From Macrostomum hystrix (lineage: Eukaryota; Animalia; Platyhelminthes): a stretch of 64,000 nucleotides of DNA. Positions 26,832 through 39,884 of this stretch are shown piece after piece (the stretch's first letter is position 1; every line of letters begins with the position of its first letter). The translations under genes and the position numbers were made by a program. The notes under the pieces were generated by a model, which saw only the letters and a list, made by a program, of their open reading frames with translations, was not told where the DNA came from and made no database searches. The stretch is taken from assembly GCA_950097015.1 (NCBI GenBank), contig CATNEN010000034.1:2480001-2544000 (forward strand). The letters run 5' to 3'.

Positions 26832-28027
26832 ATGTCTGCTAAAAACGAACGCCTCAAAGGCTTCCTCGAAACCAACGGCTCGTTTTTAGTTAGTTTAATC
26901 TACTTGAGCCAAATGACAGCCGGCATTGTTAACCTGTGCATGGCCGTAGCCCTGCCTGTGCAGTTCTCCGAAGCATTCTTGGTCAACGTGATTCGGCCTT
27001 GGGCCACCGCGTTCATGGTTTGGCTGTCCTGCTTCTCAATAGGCGGCGTTGCCAACTGCCTCCTAGCAGTTAACGTGCGCTACGCTCGGACTGGCAGAGA
27101 GCGTGCCCGTGCTAACGAATTCCAGACAGCCAACACTCTGATGCTGCTCAGCGTGAACCGGTGAGCACGCTAATATGCCTAGCACCAATAGGATTACGGG
27201 GGGCCACATTTCTAAGAAAATGTTTTAGAAAGAAGCAATATTTTTCCGTGCTTTTTTTAAGATCTAAAGCAGATCCGAAGGGGGTCGATGGCAAAGCGGT
27301 TAACGCATTCGCCTCTCACACCAAGGTCCCTGATCCCTGATGAGCTCGATTCCGCGGCGAGGCCACATTCATTTGGGGCGCAGCCTCCAAAATGTCCATG
27401 GACAATGCTTCGGGCTGGTGTTGTTTTGTCGGGAATTCCGAGCAGCACTCTAAATGCTCACTCAAAATGAAACAGGTAAGAATAGAGAATAGAGAAAGCT
27501 TTGACGAAGAGAGGTCTGGAGTTCGCATCTCAGCCCAAGTGAAGCAATTTGTGTCCTTGAGCAAGACAGAGAATTCCCTAGCGCTTCAGTTCACACAGTT
27601 GTAAATAGGGTGTGTGGGGCTGCCTGGGCTTGCTAATTGTTATTTCTTCTTTTATTCATCTAACTTCTCACTTCTCATTTCGAATCGTGCAATTCGATTC
27701 GTGCTTAATTAAAGCAGCTTGATTTCTTGCTTGTTACTTACACTGGAGTACCTACCCCCCAGATGGACAGTGCTGCCGCTGACTAACTGGTGCCTGCTGC
27801 TGTGCCTGTGCATTTACTGGCATAGTTTCGTGTGCCCCTGCTACCATCTGCAAGTGGCGGATCAGCACATACCGATGCTGCAACCTGTGATGCAGGCCGG
27901 CTGCATGCGCCTGACCCAGTGCACCTTCGTGATCACTCTGTTCGCAGTCCTGCTGCAGCTGATCAGCTTCACCTTCACTCTCACAGTCAGATACCTATCC
28001 AAGGTTAAGACGCTGAAGAATAAATAG
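26832..28027 (+). CDS. Uncharacterised four-transmembrane protein, 197 aa
   Basis: Exons 26832-27160 (AACCG|GTGAGC) and 27763-28027 (CCCCAG|A), phase 2 compatible; four hydrophobic segments; no family recognised. Confidence 0.62.
27280..27389 (+). mobile_element. SINE family A, head-only fragment
   Basis: GGGGGTCGATGGCAAAGCGGTTAACGC...GAGCTCGATTCCGCGGCGAGGCCACATTCATTTGGGGCGCAGC. Confidence 0.85.
27495..27612 (+). mobile_element. tRNA-derived SINE-like fragment, family C
   Basis: B-box-like GAGTTCGCATC followed by GTGTCCTTGAGCAAGACA and CACAGTTGTAAATAGGGT; similar to 44312-44440. Confidence 0.55.
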
Positions 28028-28282
28028 CCGCTCTTGGTTCACTGAGCTTAATTCGTTCCAAATTTGCTCAGTAACTTATGACAGTAAGAACTATGTGACA
28101 ATACATTTTCCATAAACACTACGAGTAGAGTGAGATGGCTCCCGCAATTTGGGGTGAATGATAGAACAACAGTACAGCTTTTAATTTGTTAGGAAACGGA
28201 AGCTAGGGGTTTAAGCAACTCTTGACAAAATCACGGTGTGTGGTAAAAATGGGGACGGCATTGAAGCACGTACATTCGAGGC

Positions 28283-28515
28283 GGAGGTGGCGCTAAGGAG
28301 AAATGTACATTCGAAGCGTGAGGTGGCGCTAAGGAGCAGTGTACATTCGAGGCGTGAGGTGGCGCTAAGGAGCAGTGTACATTCGAGGCGTGAGGTGGCG
28401 CTAAGGAGCAGTGTACATTCGAGGCGTGAGGTGGCGCTAAGGAGCAGTGTACATTCGAGGCGTGAGGTGGCGCTAAGGAGCAGTGTACATTCGAGGCGTG
28501 AGGTGGCGTTAAGCA
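28283..28515. repeat. 36-bp minisatellite (GAGGTGGCGCTAAGGAGCAGTGTACATTCGAGGCGT), about 6.5 copies
   Basis: Direct periodicity. Confidence 0.93.
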
Positions 28516-29090
28516 TGGAGATAGTTTTGAAAAATCAACGAGTATGATGTGAGTTGGCAAAGTTTTCGATCGCTTGATATAATTTGATAATTTAAACTCC
28601 GTTCACGTTAGACACATTGTCCTGTTCTCAATTTTCTAATTTATTTTTAAGATTCCACTTTCAAATTAAAAAATAAACTGTTTGTTGGTTTCTTAAGTCA
28701 GCAAAGGAATTTTACGATATTTGTTGTGCAATGTCTCACTGGTATTATTATCAACTCAGACGAAAATGCTTAAAGCACTGCGTCTTCTGTAAGACTGTAA
28801 AGCAAGTGCGCAACAGTGCTCAAATTGTGGCGGCGGGCTCACAGTCCGCACCTGTCTATCTCTCTTATTGGTACTCAAAACTTCGTCCATCTGCCAGTGT
28901 GCACCTTTTCTCTTTCTCAAGAGCCTTCTTTGCCATCTTGGGGTCCCGTTGTCAAGACAAGATGAAATAGAGCTCGCAGGCTCAAGTCTAGCTGCTCAAG
29001 CCTTTAAAAGAGTCAGAGAGCATCATCAAATGCTAGGCAGTGTGTTAACCTGAGTAGTTTTACCCGCGTTAAACTCGAGAACAGCAGAGC

Positions 29091-29502
29091 ATGGCCCGCC
29101 AGGCTCAAGGCGGCTACATGGAATGGCCGGCAGCGCCCAGATGGATGGAGCCACTGCTGGCGGAGGACAATCAGGGCCAGATGGTGACCGTCAGCCGGTT
29201 GGCCAATGCGGATCTGCAGAGGGCCAGGGACCGCAGCGGGGGCGGCCTCAGGCAGGAGGACCTGCGGTACCCGGTGGCGGCTAGGGGAAAATACCAGGCG
29301 GCTCATGGAGCCTGTGAGTGCACCCGCGAATTCTCCTTTGCATTATTCTTTTAGTGATAAGACCGCCTTGTCACGTGACCAGTTCCGCAGAACGAAGGCG
29401 AGGACAGACTAATTCCAGGCGATGGCAAGACACTCTTCATGGCCTGCGGGCAGCCCAGCAAGTACTTGCCGCGTAGGAGGAAACTGCCTCCCACCCTGAC
29501 AG

Positions 29503-29572
<70 letters not shown>

Positions 29573-29961
29573 ATCGATCTCCGCTTCACTGACACCCGCA
29601 GACAATGGCATTCTATTATTCGACTATGAAGGCAAAGTCAGCTACGCAGCTGGTTCAGTTGCCAAAGCTCAGACCTGTACGGCCGCTGTCACCGCAGTCT
29701 CCAGCAAGCCGAGCCCTGTGCTGCCAAATTGTCGACCCCTGGATGTGTCCTCGGTGACTGGTCGGCGATACTCTCGACGAAGACTGATAGCTCAGCCTCC
29801 GGGCTTCTTTGAGCACCAAGGTGAGCTGGAATTGATCGCCTTCATAGAAAATAGGAAGCCACCTGTCTATTAAAACTTACCTGTCGTTTTCTTCAGGTCA
29901 ACCAGTCAGCCAGTCACCAAAGCAGAGTCTGCGTCGCGTCATGTTTGGCGAAAAGGTCTAG
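29091..29961 (+). CDS. Uncharacterised 208-aa protein, 4 exons
   Basis: Exons 29091-29313, 29383-29502, 29602-29820, 29897-29961; three short GT-AG introns, all phase 1; 627 nt without internal stop; GC-rich codons. Confidence 0.68.
29503..29572. repeat. (GTCT)n microsatellite beginning at the splice-donor GT
   Basis: Direct observation. Confidence 0.95.
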
Positions 29962-30284
29962 CGGAAGTGAAACATTACTTAATTGTTTAAAAGAAATAAC
30001 TGGATTTGGACATGCTCAAATTTACAAAAAAAACGTTTTCTACTTCACTTTTTATCTGATTTCTTTCGAAGATAAGGGAAATTTTGGTTCAAAACGAATC
30101 CAAAAAATCTCTTGTTTAGTTATGCACATTGACGGAAAAATACATTCTTTACTGACTGCACCTCGATTGCAGGTAGAAAATCACTAAAAGTAAGCTAACT
30201 TGTTTCGTTCTTTTAAAAATCTTTTTTGGAAGTACATAAGGTACTTATTGGTTTCTCAGACTTTCAGGGGCTTAATTCAGGAAG

Positions 30285-30492
30285 TTATTATTACTTCAGA
30301 CCTTCAGGGATCTACTTCAGGCACTCGTTATTACTTCAGACCTTCAGGGATCTACTTCAGGCACTCGTTATTACTTCAGACTTTCAGGGATCTACTTCAG
30401 GCACTCGTTATTACTTCAGACCTTCAGGGATCTACTTCAGGCACTCGTTATTACTTCAGACCTTCGGGGATCTACTTCAGACACTCGTTATT
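30285..30492. repeat. 40-bp minisatellite (TTATTACTTCAGACCTTCAGGGATCTACTTCAGGCACTCG), about 5 copies
   Basis: Direct periodicity. Confidence 0.92.
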
Positions 30493-30909
30493 CTCCTAGG
30501 CCTTCAGTAAACCATTTTCCAGCATTTAATGCTACCTCAGTTATTTAATGAAAAAACTTATGCTAAAACTAAACTTATAAAAAATTAAATTAAAAGAAAC
30601 AGTGTTTTCCGCCAACAGTAATGCGTTTGCGTTTTCTCGTGAATGTTACTTTTTGTTGTCAGAAAAATGCGTGCTAGAGCTGTTTATTAAAGAAAAATGA
30701 AGCGAAAATAAACAGTGTACGAAAATGTGAAGAAACATTAATTAAGTAAAATATATCACATTTTATGTAAACTTTTTGGGAATTTTGTAAGCAACAATGT
30801 CACGGCTTGAACTCAGCAGAGCAAAGGCACTTGTGGAATGACCGGAAGCAAAAAGTTATTTTAAAAAACTAATTATAACAAATAACTCGTTATAACAAAA
30901 GCAAGACCG

Positions 30910-33900
30910 TCAAATAATGGGAAGAAAGCCGGCCTCGACGCCTCCGATTCCAGCTTCGCCTTCGGCAGTTTCAGCATTGCCTCCGCCGTACTCTTCGTCG
31001 CCGTCCTCCTCCAGGCAGCTCGGCTCGCGTTGACCGTAGTAAAACAAAACTTTCCGGTGTTGTCCGGGCGCCCCGCTCTCGGCCCTCTCAACGAGCGGTT
31101 TTGGCCGACGACGCTGCTTTGGCTGCTTCAGCTGTTGCTGGCGTCTGGACTGAGTCGACCGTTCACGACCGACGGAATCGTCGGCGGCTTCGCCATGGAG
31201 GCTGCCGCCGAAAAAGTCGCCCGAACCTGCGCCGCCGAGACCCATGCAGCGGCGGCAGTGGCTGATAAGGCCCGCCACCGCCCGCAGCGGTCTGGAGGCA
31301 GGGTCCCGCTGCTCGGCGATTTTGAAAAAGGCCTCAACGAAGCCTTGAAAGCAGAGTCCTGAAATAATAGTGAGTGAGGGAACAAATCACCTATCGGCCA
31401 CTGCAGCCAATCAGCAATCAGCTACTACTGCAGCCAATCAGCTATCAGCCACTGCAGCCAATCAGCAATCAGCTACTACTGCAGCCAATCAGCTATCAGC
31501 CACTGCAGCCAATCAGCAATCAACTACTACTGCAGCCAATCAGCTATTAGCCATAGCAGCCAATCATTAAAATTGCCGCAGCTATTCCAATATTATCCTC
31601 ACCAGCAGTGGGATCGGAGCTGAGGTACTCCCAACGGCGCTGCAGGTCGATGTACATGATATCAACTGACGCCAGCGGCAGGCCGCTCTCCTGAAGTCGG
31701 CACTTTCTGGCGAAATTTCTAAACGCAGTACCGCCCAGTTTTAAATTAGTGCGCACGCCAATAGCGGCCAGGAAGATCTCTTTGAGCCCTTCCAGAACCC
31801 GGAGGTCCTGCAACGACTGGTGCTTGGCCGGGAATATCTCCTCAAGGCAGGTGTCGTCGTCGCTGCCGTACTCGTCGTCGTATGGATGGTGCTGCGGTCG
31901 GCTGGCAGCCGAGGCCGACGCTTCGCGACTGCCCTTAGCGGACACGTGCGCCCGGTTGGCCCGGATCCAGTTCCGTCTGCGCTGCCGCTGATGCTGACCG
32001 TGGTGATGACTCGGTGGGTGGTGATGGTGATGATGCGGATGATGCTGCGAGCTAGTAGATGGTCGACCCTCGGGTTGGCAGCCGGAGATCTGGACTCGAA
32101 CTTCCGAAGTAGACTCGGCGTAGGCCGACGTCGAGGTGGCAGCAGGGACCTCATCAGCAAGTGGCGGTGGTGGCGGAGGGGGCGGCGAATCGGGGGGCGA
32201 CGGCGACGATGAGGTGACGGACCTGGGCGGCGGCGAGGGTAGTCGAAAAGGCCGACTGCCGCGGTTGCGCGACATTTGCCCCTGATGAGAGATAGCCGGC
32301 TTGCTCTGAAGCTTCCCGGCGGTGGCTCCGGCGACGGCGCGGGTTGGCGGCTGCCGACCGCTGCTGAGAGCTGCGACTGACAGCTCCGGCCTTTGCCGGC
32401 TGGCAGTAGAAGATGAGGGTCTGCGACAATAGGTTTTCAGTGCTTTTTTGTCTAAATTACTGATGATTGAGACAACGGATTCCTAGTCTATTCAGCGCAG
32501 AACGATTTCAACGGATTGCTAGTCTATTCGATTACTTTGTACTGCTGCCAGTCTAACAAACATCTGCATTGAACATTTCAAAATAAAAGTACTCACGAGG
32601 CTACGGGATGGCTTGCCAGAGGTCTCATCATGGACTCAACGAGCTGCAGGGTGTCGTGAACCAGCGGCTTCTTCACCTGCACATCGATCACGCTGATTGA
32701 GTACTCGTTGATGCCGGGAACCAGCTCGCTTTCGAAGTCCAGCCTGAGGCTCGGGCTGTTATTCACCTCTAGCAGCATAGGCGACAGGTCCTCCAGGATC
32801 AGGATGTCGAAGCCTAGAATCTGCGAGTTGAATGATGAGGGGATCATGACGCATGAATATACTCACCGCTTGGTGATCGCATCCCATCCCTCTCCCATCC
32901 CACACCCTATCCCACACCCCATCCCACACCCATCCAACTCCCATCCCACACCCATCTCACTCCCATCCCACACCCATCCCACTCCCATCCCACACCCATC
33001 TCACTCCCATCCCACACCCATCCCACTCCCATCCCACACCCATCTCACTCCCATCCCACACCCATCCCACTCCCATCCCACACCCATCTCACTCCCATCC
33101 CACTCCCATCCCACACCCATCCCACACCCATCTCACTCCCATCCCACACCCATCTCACTCCCATCCCACTCCCATCCCACACCCATCTCACTCCCATCCC
33201 ACTCCCATCCCACTCTCATCCCACACCCATCTCACTCCCATTCCACTCCCATCCCACACCCATCTCACTCCCATCCCGCTCCCATTCCACTCCCATCCCA
33301 CACCCATCTCACTCCCATCCCACTCCCATCCCACACCCATCTCACACCCATCCGACACCCATCCCAGTCCCATCAGAGTCCCATCCCACACCCATCCCAC
33401 ACCCATCTCACACCCATCCGACACCCATCCCAGTCCCATCAGAGTCCCATCCCACACCCCATTCCAAACGCATCCCACACATCGCTGGCCCACCTGGAAG
33501 CACTTGGGTCCCGGCCGGCTAGGCGGTATCTCGTGATGCACGCACACCATGAGTTCGGGCAGCACAGCGATGATAGTCTTGACGCACATGGCTTCAATCT
33601 CGCGCCAAAGTCTGGCAACGTCGCTACCGCGGGCCTCCAGCTGGTAGAAGACGCTGCTGAGTGTTCGCTTGCTGCCCTGGCCGTCAATGTCGGAGTGCAC
33701 GTAGGAGTCAGACTTTTTGTTCAGCGAGTAGTTGGTGAGGTGCATGAAGGCCTCGCTCATATTGCGCTGGTTCGGCTTCTCGTAGCGCTGAGTGCAGAAG
33801 CGGGCCAGGCCCTCTTTGCAGATGTACAACTGCAGAGGCTCGATGCTCTTCAGCAGCACGTAGACTCGAAGATCGAATTTGTAGCCGTCGAGAAGTAGGG

Positions 33901-36381
33901 GATTGTTCAGGTAGGTCTGCACCACGTGACTCTTGTTGCAGAGAATGTACTCAGCAGGCTCGCGGATCAGGTAGATACCGTCACCCTGAGTACCTGAGTC
34001 TGGCTTCACTATGTAGGTCTCGGATCGCTCTGCATGGATTGGTTTATTCAGTTTGGGATTAAACGATTCTCAAAATTATCTGCTGTCTATGGTCTGGACT
34101 ATAGCCTTAATATTCCATTCCGTTATTTTCATTTTCTATTTTCTATTCTCTCCAATTATTTTCCGTTCAACTCTATATTCCATTTCACCCTATTAGTCCA
34201 TTCTACCGCATTCTTTTCCATTCTATTCCATTCTATTCCATTCTATTCCATTCTATTCCATTCTATTCCATTCTATTCCATTCTATTCCATTCTATTCCA
34301 TTCTATTCCATTCTATTCCATTCTTTTCCATTCTATTCCATTCTATTCCATTCTATTCCATTCTATTCCATTCTATTCCATTCTATTCCATTCTATTCCA
34401 TTCTATTCCATTCTATTCCATTCTATTCCATTCTATTCCATTCTATTCCATTCTATTCCATTCTATTCCATTCTATTCCATTCTATTCCATTCTATTCCA
34501 TTCTACTCCGCTCTATTATATTCTATTCAGTAAAAAATTCCGAGTCGACACTGCCTTTCGACTATGTAAAATCAAACAAAAATGAGCAACAGTACTTGTG
34601 CCTCGAATGCCACTAGCAATAACTGGATGTGTAAACAGCACAATTGCTAATTATTGCACTGCATGAGCAGCTAAAGCTGCAAGACGAGCCTCAGTAAGAG
34701 GCTATGCCGAAGAGAGGGAGACAGACCATTTTCCTTAGAGAACATTGAGCGAGACTGAAATAATATGTTCAACTGGTTTAAAAAGTCCAGACGTTAGATT
34801 TTGCAATGCAGAACGGGACCCTAGAGACGACCCATTTGCATATTTGTTGCATACTGTATTTGTACCCTCGAGGTAGGAGTACTAGTGGCTACAGTTAGAC
34901 GGACAGACATGGCCGTAGGGAACAGTGGGGAGAGTGAGAGACAGCTCTTGTTGTCATTGACAACGACAATACTTTTTTGAGTGCTGATGCCGACAGATCA
35001 GGTCCCATTTATTTTTAGCTCAGTCCTGAATAATGCATCGAATTAGGATGGATGGATGAAGCTGGGGGCGTTCTCACTTCAATGAGAATGAGATACCGAG
35101 ATTTAAAAAAATTGCCACTTTTTTGCTGTTAATTTAGATAAGCCTATGATAAGCTTATATGGCTATCAACAGGCTTCCTATATGGCTCAGCTGTTGTTAT
35201 TGTGAGCTTTATTTTCCCCTCTGAGTTGCCAAATTTGGTTTGCAGCTCAACCAGCTAGATGGAGAACGCAAAGTTTGTGAGTACACCCCAAAACTCAATT
35301 CAGGACCACAATTCTCGATTCCATCCCTAAATCCGTCCTAAAATCTGTCCCTAAACCCGTCCCTAAATCTACCCCTCAATCCGTTGCTAAATCCGTCCCT
35401 GAATCCGTCCCTGAATCCGTCCCTTAATCCGTCGCTAAATCCGTCCCCAAATCCGTCCCTTAAACCGACCCTAAATCCGTCCTTAAATCCGTTCCTTAAT
35501 CCGTCCCAAAATCCGTCCCTTAATCCGTCCCTTAAACCGACCCTAAATCCGTCCCTTAATCCGTCCCTAAATCCGTCCCTAACTCCGTCCCTAAATCCGT
35601 CCCTTAAACCGACCCTTATTCAGTCCCTAAATCCGTTCCAAAACCGGCTAATAAATCTGCTCCTTAATCCCTCCCTAAATCCGTCGCGTAAATCCGACCT
35701 TCATTTCCCGATGGCGTCCCCCAATCTGCCCCTAAATCCACCCCGAATCCAGTCCTCAAATGCATGCTATCGCTCACTTTTTGTATCGGCCGCGTGGGCC
35801 TGAAATTCGGCCAGCTGGAAGGGCAGGTACCAGGTGTCTGGGTAGAAGCTGTACATGCCAGGATACAATCTCCGCATGGTCTCCAGTGTCCTGCTCAGGT
35901 TGATCTTGTGCAGCAGCTCGGCCATGCCTGGGAACCGGTTCACCAGGCCGCCAGGATGGCCGGGGTTCTCGGCGAAGCTCAGCCCGTTCCAGCACAGCTC
36001 GCAGGGCGTACCTGGCCCCGGCCCGTTTGGCAGCTCGCGCCAGCGCAGCTTCTGCAGAGCCAGCCGGACAACGTCCAGATTGCTGTGCGATTTGGAAGTG
36101 TCAACTCGAATCTTGGCAGACTTTGGCTGGCGTTGCAGCGGCACGCTGACATTTTTCTTAGTTAGACGCGAATAGCGTTTGAGCTCTTCCAGGTGCTCGG
36201 CAATCACCTGGCGGCGGAAATCGGTTCTGCGGTAGCGGCTCAGCTGCTGCTGCACATCCGCTTGACGGCGAAGCACTTGCTCTCGCATGCGTGACAAGTC
36301 AGCGGTTGTGGTGGCGGCCCCGCTGGCTGCGGCGGGGGCGGATGCAGCTGGCGGCTGCGGCTCTGTGGCCGTGGCCGGCAT
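30910..36381 (-). CDS. TTLL11: Tubulin polyglutamylase TTLL11-like, 876 aa
   Basis: Exons 36381-35778, 34029-33494, 32820-32597, 32420-31603, 31358-30910 (2631 nt, phases compatible). TTL domain motifs INRFPGM-like [59 protein letters not shown]; C-terminal [10 protein letters not shown]...[14 protein letters not shown]...[12 protein letters not shown] matches the TTLL11-type tail as I recall it. Confidence 0.9.
31390..31565. repeat. Minisatellite of 21-25-bp units containing GCAGCCAATCAGC in the last TTLL11 intron
   Basis: Direct observation. Confidence 0.85.
32880..33475. repeat. C-rich intronic repeat (CCCATCCCACAC variants)
   Basis: Direct observation; source of a His/Pro-rich spurious ORF. 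Confidence 0.9.
34200..34505. repeat. (CATTCTATTC)n 10-bp satellite, about 30 copies
   Basis: Direct periodicity. Confidence 0.95.
35325..35745. repeat. 12-bp minisatellite (AAATCCGTCCCT variants)
   Basis: Direct periodicity. Confidence 0.9.
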
Positions 36382-38058
36382 GGCTGACAGCTGTGCCTTC
36401 GCAGTGTGCCTGGCGTGGGAAATGTGCACCTTTACAAATGTGACCTTGGTTACACACTCAAATATTGTGCCTGGATTTAAGACATTTTTCCATATAAATA
36501 AATTAGCCTTTTTGAAGGTTTGTAAAAAATTAAACCATAATTTAATCAAATAAAATCCAATACTACAGACTTATGCTGTGCTAATGTTCTCTTATGTTCA
36601 ATGTCATAGAAAAAATGTAATCGCTAGGAAAAATATATGAAAATTTACTTCTACAAATGTTTCGTAATTTCGTAAATTTGTGCCTGAAAGTCTGCAAATT
36701 CTTTAAAAGCTAGTATGTCTTATAAAACTTTCTTTAATATATCGTTTAAAAGCTTTAAAGGACAAGAAAGAAAACGAAGAAGAAAAACAATGCGTGAATA
36801 CGTATTTTTAGTATGCATATAATTGACCAGTGAGAAAGTAATTACTCCGAGGATATAACTTAACACAGTTTGCACATAAATCTGACATTAAGTACACGTT
36901 CATTAGTAAAAACAGTTTCAAACTTATAAATAGAGTATTATATTAAAGTTGTTGTGTTCATATTCTATCTCATATTTTTTCTTTTTGGAAATAGATTTGC
37001 ATAAACTTTGAAATACATAATAAAATACTAAATGCAATAACGAAATAAACTGTTATTTTACTTACTTATTTTTAATCCAAAGACACTTTAAATTAAGAAG
37101 TTCATTTCAGAACACGGATAAATGTGGCAATCCAAGCATGTGACTGCAAACTGAACTATCGTCGAAAAAGGCACACTTCTTTGCGTGTCGAATCTGCGAA
37201 GTTACATTGCCAACAAAGTATAACAAAACAATGCATTGTACTGTGGTGCAGATTAGCATTTATATTCGTTTATTCAAGAGCTATTTTGAGAAATTTATTT
37301 TCCATCAGAAAAACATTCCCTACTGTTGTAGATATCTTTTAAAATATACGTCATTATGTAAATGTTGCCGCATTGTCAAGAAATTTCTTTTCGTGTGGAT
37401 TGCTTGAAGATTAAAATTTTTTATTTTTATTTTGATGCTACGAAATGGAAATTCAAGTAAAAATTATGTTAAGAACCCGAAGTCCAACACCTCTTTTTAG
37501 AGATTCTTTTGTGTGAATTTTCCCAGCGAATAATTTTGGCTATATTTTGGTTATCTTTTTTAGCCATTTCAATGTCGTAGCTGTGTTGAAGAATTTTTTG
37601 TGGAATTCATGAACGCTTACAGTTTTATTTATTGTAAGAGTCAAGCATATATAAAAACTGATCAACGTGTCAAACAAAAGTTCAAATCATCAAGTACATT
37701 TTCATAAAATTATGTTTATTTAAATACTCGAGCTTGAGTGATTGCATTATAAGTCTACATATGAATCGCCGTCCGTGTAAACTTGGCCGTATAGCTCGAT
37801 TGCATAAATTTATTTAACAATGCTTACTTAAGTTGAAGAGATCGCATGAAGAGATCGGGAATAAAAGTGAAGCGGAGAGCGGGCCAAGTGGATTTGAGGA
37901 GGCTATTATGCATGGTGAACAAGCGGGAGAACGGAAGCGCCAAGCAGGACTTGGGGAACCAACTCAGGAGTGCAGACAAATAACTCTTTAGATGCTCTGC
38001 TAGTTCACTTGCTCCCGCCATCGAGGAAAGATTTTACATTGCAGACTGCATGACCCAG

Positions 38059-38089
<31 letters not shown>

Positions 38090-38889
38090 AGGATTATTAT
38101 TGTGAAAGTTTTCGTCGCCTAATTCCACGAACGACACCCGGCGCAAGTTAATTTCCTGCTGATCGCAGCCAACGAGCATGGGTATCGAGTATTGAAAATA
38201 TCTGTGCTAATTCACCTTTCCGCAGTGCTGGCTGGGCAATCTGAAAGACCTGCTAACTGAATTAGAAGCTATATCTCCCCCTGCTTGCTGCTCGGCTAGT
38301 AACTCATATATAATGCACTCCGATGGCATACTAAATAGAATATAATAAGAAGGCGGGGGATCATACATATGCAGTTGCAGTCGACCGCGATACTAAATCA
38401 GAGGCATCTAGGATTACAAGGTATTGCCAATTCTCGTAGCATTGAGAGGCTCATCTATTTCATATAGGCCTGGGGATTGCCACGGATGAAAGGCCGCCGG
38501 ACTGGGGACTTCAAGGCCTTAGCCGGTCCAGGGGCCATCGGAGTGGAGGGGGCAGGAAGCCGATCAGATTACAATATTCCCTCCGTGTCTCTCCGTGTCC
38601 AAGTCTGTAGCCACCGCCAAGCAACTACAATTTCTCCTGCAATTTTCTTTACTTTAGGTCTATTTTTAGTTCTGATTCTGGCTGTGGAATGGCACTTTGT
38701 GAAACCGGCAGTTCTCAGTTTTCATTTGAGCATAGGGTGCAATCAAAAGTTGGATTAAATTTAGGTGGCGCCGCTCGTATGAACGAACGAACTCAAGGCT
38801 CCAAAAAATTGGGATAAATTAATTAAAAATCATTGTACTGTGAGAATTTCCATAATGAGATAACTTCCATAATGAGATAACCGCCGACA

Positions 38890-39255
38890 TGAGAGAATTG
38901 TCCTGAGAGAATTGTCCTGAGAGAATTGTCCTGAGAGCATTGTCCTGAGAGAATTGTCCTGAGAGAATTGTCCTGAGAGAATTGTCCTGACAGAATTGTC
39001 CTGAGAGAATTGTCCTGAGAGAATTGTCCTGAGAGAATTGTCCTGAGAGAATTGTCCTGAGAGAATTGTCCTGAGAGCATTGTCCTGAGAGAATTGTCCT
39101 GAGAGAATTGTCCTGAGAGAATTGTCCTGAGAGAATTGTCCTGAGAGAATTGTCCTGAGAGAATTGTCCTGAGAGAATTGTCCTGAGAGAATTGTCCTGA
39201 GAGAATTGTCCTGAGAGAATTGTCCTAAAAGAATTGTCCTGAGAGAATTGTCCTA
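38890..39255. repeat. 14-bp minisatellite (GAGAGAATTGTCCT), about 26 copies
   Basis: Direct periodicity. Confidence 0.95.
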
Positions 39256-39884
39256 TAGCGTTTCTGACAATTTCTGTCAAGCAAAAAGACTCAATTGTGA
39301 CACTGCTCAAAGCGCGCGTAGCAGGCAGAGGCCTTGCGTGACCGTTTCTACTGTCGAATGAAAGAAAATAATGAAGTGCGGCTTCATCCTTCTGTTGTCA
39401 TTGCAGAGACTGCAGCCTTCAAGTATTTGAGTTTCTAGTCCCACCAAGTCTCTCTTATCCTTCATTGTACTGTTATTTTTCCCTTCTGTAGCCTGCGTCA
39501 ATTTTATCCTGGGTTTTATTATCCTATATTTTCATATCCCTCTATCCCCCCAACCGCTTCTACTCTCAGCGTTACTTCAATCCTTTGCAATATCGATGAG
39601 TTCAAATCAATCTCGCCGGCCAGCTTATCAGGGAGTTCCTGATAATAGTTGCCGGCACTAGCCATCTAATCAGCCAGCTGTTTATTTAATCCAAAACTAA
39701 CTGCCCGCGGATCAAATACGTATGGATGGGATTATACTTACAGTAATGCATATAGCCTTGAGCACACATATTGGGTGTTACATCTGCCCTGACTTTTCCA
39801 TCGTTTAAGTCTGGGTCTAGAATAGAAAGTCCAAAATGTTAAAAACGAACCAAACTGGCAGTAAAAGCATAAGTCAGTGGGGAG

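Noticed and set aside
29013-29306. Minus-strand ORF as a further TTLL11 exon, which would make the 208-aa gene nested
   Set aside because: TTLL11 ends in exon 31358-30910 with the expected homologous sequence; this ORF is the antisense of the plus-strand exon.
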